A stretch of DNA of 64,000 nt from an uncultured delta proteobacterium. Its GTDB lineage: Bacteria; Desulfobacterota; Binatia; Binatales; Binataceae. Location: assembly GCA_963808235.1 (NCBI GenBank), contig CAWEEQ010000004.1, forward strand, positions 2,624,001 through 2,688,000, in the 5' to 3' direction. The notes beneath the pieces are model-generated. The model worked only from the letters and a program-made list of their open reading frames with translations, searched no databases and was not told where the DNA came from. Positions 18,131 to 28,450 of the stretch are shown in pieces. How positions within the stretch are numbered: the stretch's first letter is position 1; every line of letters begins with the position of its first letter. The position numbers were made by a program, and so were the translations under genes.

Positions 18131-20812
18131 TTACGGAGCGAGCGCCGGGGTAACTCCCTTCGATGATGCGCCAAGCGCGCTCGATGACTCCGAGAGCCCG
18201 TCGCCGGTGGCGGCGGGACTGGCGGAAACGGTGCCCGCACCCGAATCAAGCGGAGCACTCGGAGCACTGGAGGCAATTGGAGCACTCGATGCACTCGGAG
18301 CTCTGGTCGCAATCGAAGCGCTAGCGGCGCCGGGTGTCTTGTTCATCGAGGTCGGCCCGATCTCTTCGGTATTGAACGGAGTCTCGACGTTTCCGCTGCT
18401 GCCCGGAGCCACTTCGCCCGGCGTTGGATTCTCAGGACCCGGTGCGACGGCCGCGCCGCCATAAGGAGCGTTCAGGTCAGCCTCGGGAGAAACGGGAATC
18501 GAGAAGCTCGGCTTGTACAGTTCTCTGATCTGCGAAGCCGGCATGTCGTGAATTTCCTTGCGGCCGATCGAGTTGGCGAACCGCTGGCGTTCGTCGAGAG
18601 CGAGCGAGCGCAGCTCGGTCTTGTTGCGAATGACGTGCGGGGTCAGGAACACGATCAGGTTGTCCTTCTGCTTGTCGTTGCTCTTGTCGCTGAACAGGTT
18701 TCCGAGCACCGGGATACTCGAGATGAACGGGATGCCCTGGTTGGTGATCTGATCCTGGCTTGCGAGCAAGCCGCCGATTACCGCGGTGCGATGGTTCTGG
18801 ATCATCACCGTGGTCGAGGCGGAGCGAATGGTCGTGGTCGGGCCGAGCGGGTTGTTCGCGGTGCCGTTGACGACGTTGGAAACCTCTTCGTAGAGATCCA
18901 GTTTGACGTAGTCGCCTTCTATTCCGGAGACTTGCGGCACGATATCGAGCGTGATGCCGACGTTCTGGCGTTCGACCGAGTTGAAGATCTGCCCGGGCAG
19001 TCCGGCGTTGGCCGCCGACGAGCCGACGAAGGGCAGGTTCTGCCCGACCACAATCATGGCTTCTTCATTGTCGGCGGTCAGCAGGGTCGGCGCGGAGAGC
19101 ACGTTGGCGTGCTGGTCGGTTTCGAGCGCGATGAGGAGTGCCGCGTCGCAAGGAATGTTCACCGTGCCGGTGGTGGAGGTGCCGGTGCCGCCTGTTCCCG
19201 AAGCGGCCGCCGCGAGCGTGCTCGGGACTGCACACATCGTTTTCGAGGCAAGCCCCATCGCGAGGCCGGTCACTCCGAGCGGATTGCCGAGCACATTCTG
19301 AAGCTGGCCGGTGTTAAATGTGCCGACGCCGATCGTACTTCCACTAATGTTCGTGCCGGCGTTGAAGTTGACGCCCAACTCGCGCTGGCGCTCGGCGGAT
19401 ACTTCGACGATGACGGCTTGCACGAAGATCTGGACGCGCGGCTTGTCAAGGTCGTCAACAATTTGCCGGAGCGTCTCCCAATCCTGCGGCAACGCGCTGA
19501 TCACGAGCTGGTTGGTCGCGGGATCGGCAGTTACTTGTACCGGGTAATGGAAATCGACACCCTTGCCGGCGGAACTCGCTGACGACGATCCGCTACCGGC
19601 AGCAGAGGAGCCACTGCTGCTGCGCAGCCCGCCGCCACCCCCAAATCCGCCGCCGCCGCCGAATCCACCGCCGCCGCCAAAGCCGCCGCCGCCACTGGAA
19701 CCGCCAAAGCTTGCGCTGCTCATCAACCCGCCGCCGCCGCCGCCATAGCCGCCGCCGATTCCGCCAAAGCCCGAATTGCCGTAGCCACTGGCGGCGCTGT
19801 TGAAACTCGAGCGACCGAGCGATCCTTTGCCGGTGGTCGGCGAGAGCGTGCTCGGGCTGCTGCCGTTGTTGAGCAGGCTGTTGAGCACCTGGACCATCTC
19901 GATCGCCTCGGCGTTCTTCAGCCGGTAAACATGTATTCGCGAGGTCGCGTTGGTCGGTGAAACGTCAAGCTTGCCGACGATATCCGAGATCTCGCGCATC
20001 TGAAGCGGCGGCGCCAGCACGATCAGCGAGTTGGTGCGCTCGTCGGGGATGACTTTGTAGCCGGTCGCTGATCCAGTGGAGGAAGCGCCTCCGATACCCA
20101 GTTGCGGGCGTCCGGGCACTTGCGCGCCGCCCGAGGACTGCATCCGCGCCGCCATCAACTGATCGATCTCCGGGGCCAACTCGCCCGCGAACGCTATTCT
20201 GAGCGGGATAACCTCGACGGTCGGCTGATCGCCGCGCACGTCGAGGCTGCCGATTACCTGGAGCAATCTTTCGACGTTGTAAGCGTCGTCGGTCACGATG
20301 ACGGTGTTGTCACTGGGAAACGCGGCGACCAGACCGTCGTGCGAGACCATCGGCTGGATAACTCCGACCACCGAGGCCGCGTCGATATTTTTAAGCCGCA
20401 CCATCCGGGTGACGTACTCGTCGCCCCGGGTCTCGGCAGGCGACTGGGATTGGGTCAGCGCAGCCGACGAGCGGATGTTGCGCGCGGGAACGATTTTGAT
20501 CACCTTGCCGGCCTGGACGGTGGTGAAGCCCTTAACCTGTAGGACGGACTGGAAAATCGAATAGGCCTGTTCGGGAGTCACCTTGCTCGGCGAGATGATA
20601 GTAACCTTGCCGCGCACGCTTTCGTCGATGATGAAGTTGCGGCCGGTGATCTCGCTGATGAACTTGGCGAGAACGGGAATATCCACGTTCTGGAAATTCA
20701 TCGTGATCTGATTTTGTGGAGGCAGTCCGACGGGATCCGCCGCAGACGCCCGGAACGCGCAGGCTCCAACAAATAGCGCTGCTGCCAGCGCCCCGGCCAA
20801 TAGACGGTTCAT
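18131..20812 (-). CDS. gspD: Type II secretion secretin
   Basis: Signal peptide, N0 domain (MNFQNVDI...GKVTIISP), N-repeats, secretin domain (SAPTLLT.DNEEA; IPVLGNLF; FLTPHVI). Start ATG 20812 with GGGGAGG SD. Confidence 0.93.
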   Translation of the reverse strand: MNRLLAGALAAALFVGACAFRASAADPVGLPPQNQITMNFQNVDIPVLAKFISEITGRNFIIDESVRGKVTIISPSKVTPEQAYSIFQSVLQVKGFTTVQAGKVIKIVPARNIRSSAALTQSQSPAETRGDEYVTRMVRLKNIDAASVVGVIQPMVSHDGLVAAFPSDNTVIVTDDAYNVERLLQVIGSLDVRGDQPTVEVIPLRIAFAGELAPEIDQLMAARMQSSGGAQVPGRPQLGIGGASSTGSATGYKVIPDERTNSLIVLAPPLQMREISDIVGKLDVSPTNATSRIHVYRLKNAEAIEMVQVLNSLLNNGSSPSTLSPTTGKGSLGRSSFNSAASGYGNSGFGGIGGGYGGGGGGLMSSASFGGSSGGGGFGGGGGFGGGGGFGGGGGLRSSSGSSAAGSGSSSASSAGKGVDFHYPVQVTADPATNQLVISALPQDWETLRQIVDDLDKPRVQIFVQAVIVEVSAERQRELGVNFNAGTNISGSTIGVGTFNTGQLQNVLGNPLGVTGLAMGLASKTMCAVPSTLAAAASGTGGTGTSTTGTVNIPCDAALLIALETDQHANVLSAPTLLTADNEEAMIVVGQNLPFVGSSAANAGLPGQIFNSVERQNVGITLDIVPQVSGIEGDYVKLDLYEEVSNVVNGTANNPLGPTTTIRSASTTVMIQNHRTAVIGGLLASQDQITNQGIPFISSIPVLGNLFSDKSNDKQKDNLIVFLTPHVIRNKTELRSLALDERQRFANSIGRKEIHDMPASQIRELYKPSFSIPVSPEADLNAPYGGAAVAPGPENPTPGEVAPGSSGNVETPFNTEEIGPTSMNKTPGAASASIATRAPSASSAPIASSAPSAPLDSGAGTVSASPAATGDGLSESSSALGASSKGVTPALAP
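19627..19760 (-). repeat. Gly-rich low-complexity repeats (GGGGGF)n inside gspD
   Basis: Translation FGGSSGGGGFGGGGGFGGGGGFGGGGG. Confidence 0.8.
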
Positions 20813-21028
20813 CCGAGCACCCTCCCCGCAATTTCGGGTCAAACGCCGTGAGCTTAATTCACACCCCCGAGGCAGTGCAACCCACAAAGATTGCAAATGC
20901 GCCGAGGCTCGGCGACTATGACGAAGTCTGCGCCCATTTGATTCAATGAACCCCGCGAACCAAAACGCTTTCCGCACGTGCGCAGGTCCGCGCGGGGCCG
21001 CCGCCGGCAGCCGGTAAGGATATCCGGA

Positions 21029-22309
21029 TTGCGCTTCGAATTCCTGATCGGACTGCGATATTTGCGGGCCCGGCGCCGCGAACGATTCGTCTCGCTGATC
21101 GCGATAATTTCTCTTATCGGAGTCACACTCGGGACTTGGGCGCTGACGGTTGCGCTGTCGGTGATGTGCGGATTCCAGGAAGATTTGCGCGGCCGGCTGC
21201 TCGCATTCACTCCGCAAATCACGATCGAACGCAGTGACGGCGGGGTCTGGAATCCAGCCGACCTGGAGAAGAAACTCGCGGCTATTCCCGCCGTGACCGC
21301 GTCTGCGCCATTCGTTACCTCGCAGGTGATGGCGGTATCGAGCACGGATACTGGGGCACCCGGGCTCGTTTCGGGCGGAATTTTGCGCGGCGTTATCGCA
21401 CACGACAACCCGGTCCTGAAAGAATTGCAAAGCACGCTCGAGTCGGGAAGCCTCGCCGGACTGGAGAAGACCTATCCGGTGACTATCTTGGACAAGAGCG
21501 TGAAGCGGGAAGTCGAGCTGCCGGGCGCGATAGTCGGCAGGCAGCTCGCCTTGGACCTCGACGCGAGAGTTGGCGATCCGATCATTCTGATTTCGCCCGC
21601 AAGCCTGGGCTCGGGAATCGGGCCGCCGCGGCTCAAGCGATTCGTGGTCGAGGGCATCTTTCACTCCGGCATGTACGAGTTCGACTCGACGCTGGTTTTC
21701 ACCGCGCTGAAAGACGGACGCGCGCTGCTGGCTGATGATCCGAATCTGGAGAGCGGGCTGGAACTCAGGCTGGTCAACATGTTCGACGCGCCGGCGATGC
21801 GCAACCAGATCGCGGCGATCGCGGGGCCGGACTTCGAGGTTTCCGATTGGACCACGGCCAACGCGCCGCTCTTCTCCGCGCTGCAACTGGAGAAGTTCAC
21901 CTATTTCATGGTGCTGCTGCTGATCGTGCTGGTCGCCGCGTTCAACATTATCGCGACGCTGGTGATGGTGGTGATGGAGCGACGCAAGGAAATCGCTATT
22001 GTGCGCGCGATGGGCGCGCGGGCCGTGTCGGTGGCGGCGATCTTCTTATGCGAAGGGGCGGCGCTCGGGATCGTCGGCACGATGATCGGCGTCGTTGCGG
22101 GCTTTCTGACTTCTTTCGCAATCGGCAGGTACCATCTGATTCGTCTGCCCGCCGACATGTTCATGGTGAGCAACGTGCCGGTGTGCCTGCGTGCGGTTAA
22201 TTTTATCGCGGTGGCGGCGGCGACGATCGTGCTGTGCCTGCTCGCGGCGGTTTACCCGGCATTGCAGGCGATGCGCCTCTCGCCGGTCGAGGTGATTCGT
22301 TATGAGTGA
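21029..22309 (+). CDS. lolC: Lipoprotein-releasing ABC transporter permease LolC/E
   Basis: RYLRARR..FVSLI, FHSGMYEFD and ERRKEIAI motifs. Probable TTG start at 21029. Confidence 0.92.
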   Translation: MRFEFLIGLRYLRARRRERFVSLIAIISLIGVTLGTWALTVALSVMCGFQEDLRGRLLAFTPQITIERSDGGVWNPADLEKKLAAIPAVTASAPFVTSQVMAVSSTDTGAPGLVSGGILRGVIAHDNPVLKELQSTLESGSLAGLEKTYPVTILDKSVKREVELPGAIVGRQLALDLDARVGDPIILISPASLGSGIGPPRLKRFVVEGIFHSGMYEFDSTLVFTALKDGRALLADDPNLESGLELRLVNMFDAPAMRNQIAAIAGPDFEVSDWTTANAPLFSALQLEKFTYFMVLLLIVLVAAFNIIATLVMVVMERRKEIAIVRAMGARAVSVAAIFLCEGAALGIVGTMIGVVAGFLTSFAIGRYHLIRLPADMFMVSNVPVCLRAVNFIAVAAATIVLCLLAAVYPALQAMRLSPVEVIRYE

Positions 22310-23030
22310 ACCGCGCGCGGGCGCAGCGAAACCGAAAGGCGCGGGCGGGCGTCTAATCGAGGTGCGCGGCCTCGACAAGAATTTCTATGACGCCGATCGC
22401 GAGATCCGGGTGCTGCGTGGGCTCGACCTTACGGTAAATGCCGGTGAGGAGGTCGCGATCGTCGGGCAATCGGGAACCGGCAAGTCGACGCTGTTGTACA
22501 TCATCGGCAGCCTGGAGGAGGCGACTGCGGGCAAGGTTTTTTTCGAAGGCGAGGATTTGTTCGCGCTCGATCAGAAAGCGCTCGCCGAGTTCCGCAATCT
22601 GAAGCTGGGCTTCGTGTTCCAGTTCCATTACCTGCTCGCTGATTTCACGGCGCTGGAGAACGTTATGATGCCCGCGTTGATTGGCCGGATGCCCGATGAA
22701 ACCGCGCGCAAGCTCGCGACCGAGGTGCTGGAGATCGTGGGACTCGGCGACAAGCTCGGGCGGCGGCCGGCGGAGCTTTCGGGCGGCGAGCAGCAGCGGG
22801 TAGCGGTCGCGCGCGCGGTGGTGCTGCGGCCGAAGCTGCTGCTTGCGGACGAGCCGACCGGCAACCTGGATCCGCACACCGCCGAGGAAGTTCACGACTT
22901 GTTCCACAAACTGAACCGCGAGTTGGGGATAACGCTGGTGATCGCGACTCACAATGAGCGCCTGACGCGCAGCGTCGGCCGCGCATTGCGCCTTCATGAG
23001 GGAAAATTGCTCGCCGAGCCGAAGAGCTGA
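22302..23030 (+). CDS. lolD: Lipoprotein-releasing ABC transporter ATP-binding protein
   Basis: [27 protein letters not shown] and DEPTGNLD motifs. Confidence 0.95.
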   Translation: MSEPRAGAAKPKGAGGRLIEVRGLDKNFYDADREIRVLRGLDLTVNAGEEVAIVGQSGTGKSTLLYIIGSLEEATAGKVFFEGEDLFALDQKALAEFRNLKLGFVFQFHYLLADFTALENVMMPALIGRMPDETARKLATEVLEIVGLGDKLGRRPAELSGGEQQRVAVARAVVLRPKLLLADEPTGNLDPHTAEEVHDLFHKLNRELGITLVIATHNERLTRSVGRALRLHEGKLLAEPKS

Positions 23031-23157
23031 CGGCTCTTGAGCGATCGCAGCGTGATGAAAAGCGCCGCGGCGAGTCGGCGAAGTTGCTTGGGCGGATAAG
23101 TCGGTTTACATGGGAAGACCGATTGGCTAGTTTGGTCGCCGTTTTTAGTGTGGTTGA

Positions 23158-25569
23158 GTGACATTAGAAAAATTCAACGCGCGCACGCGTCGCGCGCCGC
23201 TATATCGAGGACTGTCGACCCGTGTCCGCGCGATGCTGATCCTCGCGCTGGGGCTGCTTTTTACGGCGGCCGCCGCACTTGCGCAGGGCCCCGCGCCAAC
23301 AATTTCGCGGATCGAGATCACCGGTAATCAACGCGTCGAAGCCGACGCGATTCGCATCCACATCAGCCAGCAACCCGGCCAACCGCTCGACCATGACGCC
23401 GTCGACGCGGACATCAAGGCAATTTACAAGATGGGTTTTTTCGACAACGTGACGGCCGCGGTCGAGCAACGCGGCGGCGCCAACGTGCTGGTGTACAGGA
23501 TCAGCGAACGCCCGCAGATAAGCGACGTCAAGCTGTACGGGATGAAAAAGATCCGCTCGAACGACGACAAGATCGTCGCGGCGGTCAAGGTTCATCCCGG
23601 CGCGATCCTGGATCCGATCGCGGTCAAGGAGAGCATCAACGGCATCACCCAGGTTTACGCGGAGAAGGGCTATACCGACGCGAAGGTGACTTTCAAAGCG
23701 ATCCCGCAGCCCGACAACACGGCGTTCGCGGAATTCGACGTGGTCGAAGGCGGCACGGTCCAGATCACGAAGATCAACTTCGAGGGCAACAAGGCGTTTT
23801 CCTCGCGGACGCTGGGCTCGGTCATCGAAACCAAAACTTACAGCAAGCTTCTCAGCTGGGTCACGGGATGGGGCGCGCTGGATCAGAAGAAGCTGCAGGA
23901 AGACGTCGATCGGCTGAGCGCATTTTATTACGACAACGGATACCTGAACGTCCAGATAACGCCGCCGCGGGTGGTGCGCACGGGCGACCAGATTGCGCTG
24001 ACCTTCACGATTGACGAGGGCATCCCGTTCCGGGTCGGCAAAATCAATATCGAAGGCAATTTGAAGTTCCCGCGCCGCGAGCTGCGCAAACAAGTGACGA
24101 TGAAGACCGGCGAGCTGTTTCGCGGCTCCGCGCTGCAGCATCAGGTGCTCGCGCTGTCGGACTTCTACTCTAATCGCGGCTACGCATACGTGAACGTCGA
24201 TCCGCGCACGCAACTGATCAACTCGACCAAGAAGGTCAACGTCACCTTCGTTGTCAACCCGGGCCATGAAGTCCTGATCGATCGGATCAATATCAGCGGC
24301 AATACCAAGACTGCCGACAAGGTTATCCGGCGCGAGGTCCAGATCCAGGAACAGGAGCCGTACAGCGCCGAGGAGATTCGCGACTCCAAGGTCCGGCTCG
24401 ATCGGCTGGGTTTCTTCAGCGACACGCGAATCACAACCACGCCCGCGGCGCAGCCGGACAAGATCAATCTCAACGTCAACGTTACCGAGGCCAACACCGC
24501 ATCGTTCCAGGTCGCGGGCGGTTTCGACAGCTATCAATCGCTGTTCGGCAATTTCACGCTGGGCAATACCAACCTGTTCGGCGGCGGCGAATCGTTGATC
24601 CTGAACGCGCAGGTCGGCTTCCTGTTCCAGAACTACAGCATCAGTTATACGGAGCCGTGGTTCCTGGATATTCCGCTCGGCGTGGGCCTGCAGTTGTTCG
24701 ACAACAAGACCTACCTGCTGAGCTTCAACCAGTCGTCGGCCGGATTTACGCTGACGACGACTTATCCGCTGACCGAACTGGGCTTCAAGAAGCTAGGCCC
24801 CCTTTCGCTCAAGGACGTAAGCGCGGGGCTCGGCTACTCGTTCCAGAGCGTCGGAATCACCGGATTGAACCCGCTCACGACTTTCCAGATTGCGCGCTAT
24901 CGCGGCTATACGCAGACCTCGGAGATAACGCCGACGATTCGGCGCTTCACGGTGGACAATCCGACCGACCCGCGCACCGGCACCGTCGAGAGTCTCAGCA
25001 TGCAGTTCGGCGGAATCGGCGGGGGCAACGAATTCATCAAGGGGGTCGCGCACGCGCGCTACTTCTATCCCTTCCTGAAGAGCCAGACGTTTGGAACTTT
25101 TGTGCTTTCGCAGGGCGTCACGTTCGGCATCGGAACCAATCTGAAAAGCGGCACCGGCGGCGAACTTCCACTCTACGAGCGGTTCTTTCCGGGTGGCGTA
25201 GGCGGTCCCGGCGATGTGCGCGGCTACCAGTTGTATTCGCTCGGACCGCAGGTGACGATTTTCAACTCGGGTGGACAGCCGATCAGCGTTCAGGACGTCG
25301 GTGGCAGCAAGGAACTGCTCTTCAGCAACGAAATCACCTTCCCGATACTCTCGGGGCTTGGAATCCGTGGGGTGATATTCAGCGACGCGGGGCAATCGTT
25401 CCGGCTCAAGGATTCGCTGGACATCACAAAATTGCAGGCTTCGTTCGGCTTCGGCGTGCGCTGGAAATCGCCGTTCGGGCCGCTCGCGGTAGATCTCGCA
25501 TTCCCGATAAATCCGCGACCGGCGGATCAGAGTACAGTTTTCGAGGTCGGCGCCGGCTCGCCGCTCTAA
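23158..25569 (+). CDS. bamA: Outer membrane protein assembly factor BamA
   Basis: POTRA repeats, VRGY motif, WKSPFGPL. Confidence 0.95.
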   Translation: MTLEKFNARTRRAPLYRGLSTRVRAMLILALGLLFTAAAALAQGPAPTISRIEITGNQRVEADAIRIHISQQPGQPLDHDAVDADIKAIYKMGFFDNVTAAVEQRGGANVLVYRISERPQISDVKLYGMKKIRSNDDKIVAAVKVHPGAILDPIAVKESINGITQVYAEKGYTDAKVTFKAIPQPDNTAFAEFDVVEGGTVQITKINFEGNKAFSSRTLGSVIETKTYSKLLSWVTGWGALDQKKLQEDVDRLSAFYYDNGYLNVQITPPRVVRTGDQIALTFTIDEGIPFRVGKINIEGNLKFPRRELRKQVTMKTGELFRGSALQHQVLALSDFYSNRGYAYVNVDPRTQLINSTKKVNVTFVVNPGHEVLIDRINISGNTKTADKVIRREVQIQEQEPYSAEEIRDSKVRLDRLGFFSDTRITTTPAAQPDKINLNVNVTEANTASFQVAGGFDSYQSLFGNFTLGNTNLFGGGESLILNAQVGFLFQNYSISYTEPWFLDIPLGVGLQLFDNKTYLLSFNQSSAGFTLTTTYPLTELGFKKLGPLSLKDVSAGLGYSFQSVGITGLNPLTTFQIARYRGYTQTSEITPTIRRFTVDNPTDPRTGTVESLSMQFGGIGGGNEFIKGVAHARYFYPFLKSQTFGTFVLSQGVTFGIGTNLKSGTGGELPLYERFFPGGVGGPGDVRGYQLYSLGPQVTIFNSGGQPISVQDVGGSKELLFSNEITFPILSGLGIRGVIFSDAGQSFRLKDSLDITKLQASFGFGVRWKSPFGPLAVDLAFPINPRPADQSTVFEVGAGSPL

Positions 25570-25749
25570 GCGATGCGTTGAGAGTGCATTTTCTGCGATT
25601 GCCAGATTGGCGGCGCTGGCCGGTCGCTTCGCTTTGGTGTTAACGGACGGAATAACGTGTATATTTCACCCAGCAGCGGCTGACGCATTGCCACTGCCGT
25701 GGAGACTTTTCCCAAAAACCGCAATTAGCAGGGAGGCAGTCCGGGCTGT

Positions 25750-26400
25750 ATGAGGCAACGATTTTTGTTCGGTGCGTTGATGGGCGCGGTGCTTGCGCTG
25801 ATGTCCGCCGCGATTCCCGCGCGCGCCGAAATGAAGTTCGCGTACGTCGACGTGCAGCGTGCGCTCAATGAGTGCGACGCCGGCAAGAAGGCCAAGGCCG
25901 AGTTCCAGGGACGCGTCACCTCGCTCGAAGGGCGCCTGCAGCGGCAGCAAAACGAGGTCCAGGCCCTTAAGGACGAGATCGAGAAAAAGGGCATGCTGAT
26001 GACCGAGACCGAACGGCAGAGCAAGCAGGATCAGTACGTTGCCAAGCTCAAGAACTTCGAGCGTGACTACAAGGATTCGAAGGACGAACTGCAGGCCAAG
26101 GACAACGAGATGACCTCCAAGATCGTGCACGATCTCGCCCAGGTCATTCGAACTATCGGCGAGCGCGACAACTACACGATGGTCATGGAAAAAGGATCGA
26201 TACTGTGGGGCGCCCCCGGGATCGATATCACCGACCAGGTAATTCGCAGTTACAACGCGATGCACGTGCAGGTCGGCATGGTTGGAGAGACCGGTGGAGG
26301 CGGAGTATCGCGCACCAGTGCCAGCTCGGAACAGGCCGGCGCTCCGGTGCCGTCTGAGTTCGGCTCGTCCGCGGCCAAGCGCTCGACTATTTCGAAGTAA
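25750..26400 (+). CDS. skp: OmpH/Skp periplasmic chaperone
   Basis: AYVDVQ, coiled coil and DITDQVI; follows bamA. Confidence 0.9.
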   Translation: MRQRFLFGALMGAVLALMSAAIPARAEMKFAYVDVQRALNECDAGKKAKAEFQGRVTSLEGRLQRQQNEVQALKDEIEKKGMLMTETERQSKQDQYVAKLKNFERDYKDSKDELQAKDNEMTSKIVHDLAQVIRTIGERDNYTMVMEKGSILWGAPGIDITDQVIRSYNAMHVQVGMVGETGGGGVSRTSASSEQAGAPVPSEFGSSAAKRSTISK

Positions 26401-26410
26401 GCTACCCGCC

Positions 26411-26866
26411 ATGTCTGACGACGCAAAGGTCGCCGAGCTTTCGCGGGTGCTGGGGCTGCTGCCCCATCGCTATCCATTTCTGCTGGTCGATCGGATCCTG
26501 GAAATCGGCAAGGGCCGGGTGGTGACTATCAAGAACGTCACCTTCAACGAGCCGTTCTTCGCCGGCCACTTTCCGGAGCGCCCGGTGATGCCGGGGGTGC
26601 TGATCGTCGAGGCGCTGGCGCAGTCGGGCGCAATCCTGGCGCTGAGCGAATTGGGTGCGAGCGCGAGCCGTCTGTTCATGCTTACGGGGCTCGACAAGGT
26701 GCGTTTTCGGCGCCGTGTGATTCCCGGCGATCAGCTTCGGATGGAAGTAAAAATTCTCAAATTTCATCGCCCGCTATGGCGAATGCAGGGCGTGGCGCGG
26801 GTCGGCGACGAGTTGGCGGCGGAGGCGGAGCTGTCCGCGATGGAAGTCCAGGAGCAAGTACCATAG
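26411..26866 (+). CDS. fabZ: 3-hydroxyacyl-ACP dehydratase
   Basis: LPHRYPFLLVD and GHFPERPVMPGVL motifs. Confidence 0.95.
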   Translation: MSDDAKVAELSRVLGLLPHRYPFLLVDRILEIGKGRVVTIKNVTFNEPFFAGHFPERPVMPGVLIVEALAQSGAILALSELGASASRLFMLTGLDKVRFRRRVIPGDQLRMEVKILKFHRPLWRMQGVARVGDELAAEAELSAMEVQEQVP

Positions 26867-27654
26867 CCGGCCGAATCCATCCTTCAGCGATCGTCGACCA
26901 AAGCGCCGAAATCGACACGAGCGTCGAAATCGGCGCCGGCACGGTCGTCGGGCCTGGCGTCAAAATCGGAGCCGGCACGGTAGTCGGCCCAAACGTGGTG
27001 ATCGAATGTCTCACCACTATCGGTAAGCGCAATCGAATCTTCCCGTTCGCCATGGTGGGCGCCGCTACTCCCGATTTAAAATTTCATGGTGAGCCGGCGA
27101 CGCTGGAGATTGGCGACGACAACACGATTCGCGAGTTCACCTCGATTCATCGCGGCACCGAGGTTGGCGGGATGCGCACGACCATCGGCAATCACGTGCT
27201 GATCATGCCGTACGTGCATATCGCCCACGACTGCGAGATCGGCGACAATTGCATCCTGGTCAACTCGACCCAGCTCGGCGGGCACTGCGTGCTGGAGGAA
27301 TTCGTGAATCTCGAAGGCATGAGCGGAGTGCATCAGTTCTGCCGCATCGGAGCTCACGCGTTCGTCGCGGCGGGCGCCAAGGTCGCGCAGGATGTGCCGC
27401 CGTACTCGATGGTGGCTGGCGATCGTGCGCGGCTGGCGGGTATCAACGAGATTGGACTGCAGCGCCGCGGTTTTGGTCCGGAAAAGATCCTTGCGATCAA
27501 AGCCGCGACCCGCACCCTGTTTTTTTCGAAGCTGCTCCGCGAAGAAGCGATCGCGAAAACTCTCGCGGACCACGGCGACCTCTTGGAGGTCCGCCGGCTG
27601 GTCGATTTCATCAACAACTCCAAGCGCGGAGTCGTTGGCCGCGAGCGTGAATAA
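26863..27654 (+). CDS. lpxA: Acyl-ACP:UDP-GlcNAc acyltransferase
   Basis: Hexapeptide repeats, IHP, HIAHDC and HQF motifs. Start uncertain: ATA 26863 behind a GGAG SD, or ATG 26776. Confidence 0.93.
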   Translation: MAGRIHPSAIVDQSAEIDTSVEIGAGTVVGPGVKIGAGTVVGPNVVIECLTTIGKRNRIFPFAMVGAATPDLKFHGEPATLEIGDDNTIREFTSIHRGTEVGGMRTTIGNHVLIMPYVHIAHDCEIGDNCILVNSTQLGGHCVLEEFVNLEGMSGVHQFCRIGAHAFVAAGAKVAQDVPPYSMVAGDRARLAGINEIGLQRRGFGPEKILAIKAATRTLFFSKLLREEAIAKTLADHGDLLEVRRLVDFINNSKRGVVGRERE

Positions 27655-28450
27655 GCTCGGGCTCATCGCGGGCAACGGTGTCTTTCCGCTCGAAGTGGCG
27701 CGCGCGGCGCGCGGCCGCGGACTCAAAGTCATCGCAATCGCGCATCTCAACGAAAGCGATCGCGCGATCGACAAGATCGCCGACGAAGTCACGTGGATCA
27801 AGGTCGGCGAGCTGCAGAAAATTATCGACGTGTTCAAAAAAGCCGGCGTCGCGGAAGCCGCGATGGCGGGCGGCATCTCGCGCGCTCGGCTCAAAGATTC
27901 GTTCGCACCTGACGCGCGCGCGCTCGCGATGCTCGCGAGCATCGGACGCTTCAGCGACGACGCGGTGCTGCGCGGAGTAGCGCGCGAAGTCGAAGCGGAC
28001 GGAATCAGGATGATCGATCCAGTTCCGATGATTCCGCACTGGCTGGCGCCGGCCGGTCTCGCCGCCGGACCGGAGCCGACTCCCGCGCAACTGCGCGATC
28101 TGGATCTGGCATTCGCAGTCGCGCGGCAGTTGGGGCAATTCGACATCGGGCAGACCGTAGCGGTACGTGATGGAGCGGTCGCGGCGGTCGAAGCGCTCGA
28201 GGGCACCGACGCGGCGCTGCGTCGCGCAGCATCGATCGTCGGCGCGGGACTGGTCGTCGCAAAAGCGGCCAAGCCCGGTCAGGACATCCGCTTCGATCGT
28301 CCCGCGATTGGACCTGCGACCATCGAGTTGCTTGCCGAGATCGGCGCGGCGATGCTCGGCGTCGAGGCCGGCATCGCGCTCATCCTCGAGCACGATCGCA
28401 CGCTGGAGCTGGCGCGCTCGAAAAACGTGGGCGTGTACGGCCATGCGTGA
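27647..28450 (+). CDS. lpxI: UDP-2,3-diacylglucosamine diphosphatase LpxI (DUF1009)
   Basis: LGLIAGNG.FP, DIGQTV, EALEGTD and QDIRFD.P.IG motifs. GTG start 27647. Confidence 0.92.
   Translation: MNKLGLIAGNGVFPLEVARAARGRGLKVIAIAHLNESDRAIDKIADEVTWIKVGELQKIIDVFKKAGVAEAAMAGGISRARLKDSFAPDARALAMLASIGRFSDDAVLRGVAREVEADGIRMIDPVPMIPHWLAPAGLAAGPEPTPAQLRDLDLAFAVARQLGQFDIGQTVAVRDGAVAAVEALEGTDAALRRAASIVGAGLVVAKAAKPGQDIRFDRPAIGPATIELLAEIGAAMLGVEAGIALILEHDRTLELARSKNVGVYGHA

Noticed and set aside
18254-19760. Short tandem repeats as a possible CRISPR array or VNTR
   Set aside because: They are in-frame coding low-complexity segments of GspD with no spacers.
20813-21886. 1251-aa version of gspD in the ORF track
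   Set aside because: The extension is antisense to lolC; the SD and signal peptide start at 20812.
23200-24537. Long antisense ORFs (this one, also 9472-10500, 17030-18166, 40861-42222 and others)
   Set aside because: Shadow ORFs of real genes in high-GC DNA, with no recognisable motifs.
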